Below, one piece after another: positions 59,758-64,000 of a stretch of DNA of 64,000 nt. The notes under the pieces were generated by a model. The model was given only the letters and a program-made list of their open reading frames with translations. It was not told where the DNA came from and did no database searches. Position 1 is the stretch's first letter. Each line of letters starts with the position of its first letter. The stretch spans positions 54,312,001-54,376,000 of the forward strand of contig NC_042997.1 of the NCBI RefSeq assembly GCF_006345805.1, read 5' to 3'. Source of the stretch: Octopus sinensis. Lineage: Eukaryota. Position numbers and translations under genes: made by a program.

Positions 59758-61057
59758 AAATAATGAAAAGAGGCTTTGAATTGTCATTTGTAAGTGAACC
59801 GATATATAGTAATTATTCTCTATGTCTATACATGTAGTTTCTTAAAATGTTCATCAAGCATAGATTTTATCATTCTATCCTTAATCCAAATTCGAACCAG
59901 ATATACTAATAATTCAGTGATTAAAAAAAAATGGGTTTTTTTCATTCTTTTCTGAAAAGGAAAGTGAGCATTCATAATATTAACACATTTGTATAAAAAT
60001 GACGAAACTAAACATTGACCTACTGTGTGATTTAATTGCAATTTTCCTGTTACCAATAAAAAGAAAAAAATATATCAATGAGGCTTGGAAATGCCAGTTC
60101 AAATAAATGGCAGTCTTATCTGACCAGTTTTTAATGCTAAAGGGTTAAATAATGTAAATGTATGCTTATCATTTAAAAAAAAAAGCTCATGGTGAATGTG
60201 TTAAGAAGTTTCTGTTGTATATGAAATACATTTACTATATATCCTGGTTACCTTATCAAATAGTGCAAGAAAAATAAAATCTTATATTTCAAATATTCTT
60301 TATAAATAAGCTTCATAATGATGGATTGTTCCCCTCTGAAAAATCTTCATGGTGCTTTCAAAATGGAGAGACTGGAAAAACAAATCTTGGCTTTGATGAT
60401 AATCATAATTATTATGGTTTTAAAACTTATTTTATGAAAATTTATCATTTTTGTGAAATTACTTAAAGTGTATATAAAGAATATTTACAAAAAAAAAATT
60501 ATATTTTATTTGTTAATGTCTTTCTGCAAATTATAGACATAATATCATGAAAGTATTTTAACTTTTCATTTATTTTATCAAAATAAAAGAAATATATAAG
60601 ATTTTATATCAACAAACTTGAGATGAGTCTCACATTTTTAATTCCTTTATATAATATATAATTGGCAGGAAATTGGAAATATTTACAAACTTAGCTAAAA
60701 AGTAAAGAAAATACCCTTTGTCATTGGTTACTGCTTTGGCTTTGTAATACTTGTAATATTTTATATGAAAACTACATATCCAATATTTGCATATGTTTCA
60801 TAAGTACTTTTTAATTTTACAGTATTACAAAATTTGCTGTAATTATTTTTATATTTTTATTATGCTTGTAGCCAAAACAACAATTATTTTCTTTTAATAA
60901 AGTATCTTTAAATATGTGTAAAAGAAAAGAAGAAAAGAGCAAGAAAAAATACTATAAGAGCAATTATAGAAAAATAATGTCTTACACACACACACACACA
61001 CACACACAATCACACACATGCATATAATGATAAATTGATAATGGACATAAACATAAA

Positions 61058-61104
<47 letters not shown>

Positions 61105-61834
61105 TGCTCCAGCATGGCCGCAGTCAAATGACTGAAACAAATAAAAGAATAAAAGAATATATATACATACACACACACCTACATTTATATATATGAGTTT
61201 AATTAATGTAAATAATGCAATGTGTTTGAAATATATATATATATAATAAAATAAAGTGACTGGTTCACATATCAGTTAAATAAATAAGCTGTAAGTTGGT
61301 TTCAAAACATAATCCTAAATGCATTTTATGTGGAATCTCATTGCCAATATTGACTACTGGTTGGAATTTGAGCCACTTACATTGTGATATTCATAGCACT
61401 GCCTAAATAGCTTAACAGCTTCACCTGATTATATTCAGGTTGCCAAATTTGAATTGGAATTGTTGGAGTTTTAAAATATTACTGTTTTAAAATAAGATTG
61501 TTTTTCATTTTGAAGAATGATCTTTCTTGCCATGCTATTATATATGGATCAAATGCACAAACAAATTACTTGTAATATAAATATGTATTCTTGACTTCAT
61601 TAGTAGAATTTATCATTGCTGTTGTTGTTGATGTTATAGTTTAGCAAGCCTATGATTGAAAGGCCCTTCAACCTTGACGATCATATCTTTTTTCTTTTCT
61701 TTTTTTTTCTGATCTCAGTGTATGTAGGATCATATTACCCAATGTCTCTTCTTTTTCTTAAAGAAAGTAGGGTGCAATTTGAGACAGATTTGACTATTAT
61801 TTCCATCAGGTTGGCTGACCATATAGAGACTCAC

Positions 61835-61969
61835 CCTGCAGTTGTGTTGGGCATCAAAATGCAATATAAAATTCTCAAGAAAATGCATTTGTAACTGAGC
61901 ATCAGTTCCATCTTGAATATATTTACTCATGTTGCCAGTATAATTGGAGAAGACAAAAATTCGTAAATT
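61835..61969 (-). CDS. Candidate internal exon of an unknown convergent gene (45 aa, phase 0-0)
   Basis: ttttcag|NLRIFVFSNYTGNMSKYIQDGTDAQLQMHFLENFILHFDAQHNCR|gtgagt; no partner exons identified. Confidence 0.3.
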
Positions 61970-62655
61970 CTGAAAATTACCACTTGTCCTCTCCTTTGAG
62001 TCTGAAGTTTCTGACTTCATTTTTTTTTCCCCCTTCATTCATTTAGTATATAAAAATGACAGGCATTTCTACTCACATTCTGTTATTGTTTATTTTTTTT
62101 TAAAGTTATGCATATTCTTACATTCTTTAACAGATGTGTCTGTATGTGTGTAGGTGTATATAATAAGTGTAAAGTGGAGTTTGTAGCATTATGTTGTAAA
62201 ATAAACTCCACTCTTCACTTATTATTTATAATAATAAATGATAGGAGAGAATCTCTTTTATGCAATTTCAGATAGCCATTGATCACGAATGCTTTCTTCT
62301 GTAAATGTCTGGATTTTCTAATTCCTTCTTGTTTACTATATATATATATATATTAAGGTAGCAAATTGGATGAAGCATTAAAGCGGTGGCTAGAGTACAT
62401 TGTGGTATATTCATTCTGGCTATTTGTGCTCTTTGTTCCAATATCAGTTGGGTCAACGTTACCTTTCCTTGTTGGGGGTCAATAAAATAAAGTATCACTC
62501 CTGTTCTGGTGTTGATTCTCTCCCTCCCCCCTCTCTCTCTCTCCCCTTTTTTTTTCTGGAAAAAATATTGGTCATAGTCAGAAAAGAAGAGGGATAGTAT
62601 ATGCCCAAGACATGGTGTATATGCACATGATGTTTATGTGTGTGTGTGTGTGTGC

Positions 62656-62704
<49 letters not shown>

Positions 62705-64000
62705 GATATATCTGTTGGTCTTATCTCTTTTGAATTTGGTTCAAAGTAAACTTCTTCCCGATGTATTACAATACATGATACAGATATAGAATTTCATATT
62801 TTCTTAAGACTTTTCACCTTCTTTTGTCAGAGGAAGTTCATCATAAGAAGTCTTAAATAATGTGTGTGTGTTTGTGTCAGTGTGCATATAAATTTAAGAA
62901 ACTATCTTTCTGATTCAAGTAAATACTTCTGATATATTTGTTATATGTGCATAATTATAAATACTGGAGTGTATATGAAAGAACTTTTTCTTGGGGTGTT
63001 AGAATGCCCTGAGTACTTTGTGTTAAGTAGCTGTTGCAATTATCATTTATCTGGAAGTTGCTGTGTGTATCATGTGTAATCAACTTCATTGTATTGCTCT
63101 GTGTTTACTATTGTCTCTTGTTCATTATATCATGCTGTCCTTGAATCACAGTACCCTACAGAGACCACAGGCATAACAGTTTCTTAGCATTATCATTGAT
63201 CAGAAATTTGATCAATTAGTAAGTAAAGCTAATAATCAGAAAGTATAAATTAGATGCCAGTGAAAGATAATCTTAGTATTTGCAATTTAATCAACTGATC
63301 ATCACCTTATAGACTTTATAATAAATCATAGCTTTTGTATTATATGTAATATATGTATATAGCTACTAATATCATCCACAAAAGTAAGACATGATTTTTC
63401 TTCATCTTTCATTAAATCAACAGTGCATCTTCTCTACAATAATCGTTTTGAATGAAAATCCATTTATCCTGTCAAAAGTTTCTTGGTCTCTGTAGTCAGC
63501 TCTATACCATAAGGTATAATATAAACAAAAATGTAAAGCAATTATTTGTGTGTTCGTGGGAATGTTTGCTCTTCTATGCATGGGTTTACTTAGTTTATCT
63601 AAATAGTTTTTCTTTCTTTTAGATTAAGTTCTCAAAAGCAGCTTATTTCTCTAGATAGTTAATATCTTTACTATTTATGTAGTGGCTAAAACCATTTTCA
63701 TAAATTGGAATGTATATAGGAACTCTATATCACTGGGACCAAACATTTAATGTTCCTAATTGATTAAATGAGAAACTTTCTGACATGTTTTAGTGTGGGA
63801 CAAATTTGAACATGTCATATTTTTAATCTTTGTATTGTATTGATTTAAACAGTAGCTATTTATAAGCAGGAATCTGAATAGAATTATCTAAATAATTTCC
63901 ACATTTTTCAAACTAATAGAAATGTTTAAGAACATTTTACTTCCTTTTTGTTATGTAATTTTTATCAATTGAGTGCAATGTGTGTAGACAATTCTTTTTA

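Noticed and set aside
61730-62038. 102-aa single-exon minus-strand gene
   Set aside because: The N-terminus comes from an A/G-rich run; only the AG/GT-bounded core is kept as a low-confidence candidate.
58000-64000. Further protein-coding exons
   Set aside because: Apart from the 61835-61969 candidate, I found no convincing open frame with splice sites and a protein motif.

Overview
AT-rich animal genomic DNA. The repeat families resemble those I associate with octopus (inference, not a database match). Bases 1-55101 (+) hold the 3' part of one ADAMTS9/ADAMTS20 (GON-1)-type metalloprotease gene. I assembled 30 coding exons by hand; all introns are GT-AG with consistent phases, giving about 1,406 aa. 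The protein runs from the end of the catalytic domain through the disintegrin-like, TSR1, Cys-rich and spacer regions, 14 more TSRs and a C-terminal GON domain; its 5' end lies upstream of the window. Introns are packed with transposon relics: RTE and CR1 LINE pieces, tRNA-derived SINEs, Helitrons, MITEs, a Tigger/pogo transposase and Ty3/Gypsy fragments. Most interesting: (1) a 477-bp intronic palindrome whose two arms each carry a minimal hammerhead-ribozyme-like motif; (2) a second 370-bp fold-back; (3) a Gypsy LTR-gag junction with no tRNA primer site but a 12-nt complement of the LTR start; (4) direct and inverted repeats bracketing exons; (5) a probable 3'-UTR intron; (6) an orphan antisense exon candidate. 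All alignments and identities were judged by eye.
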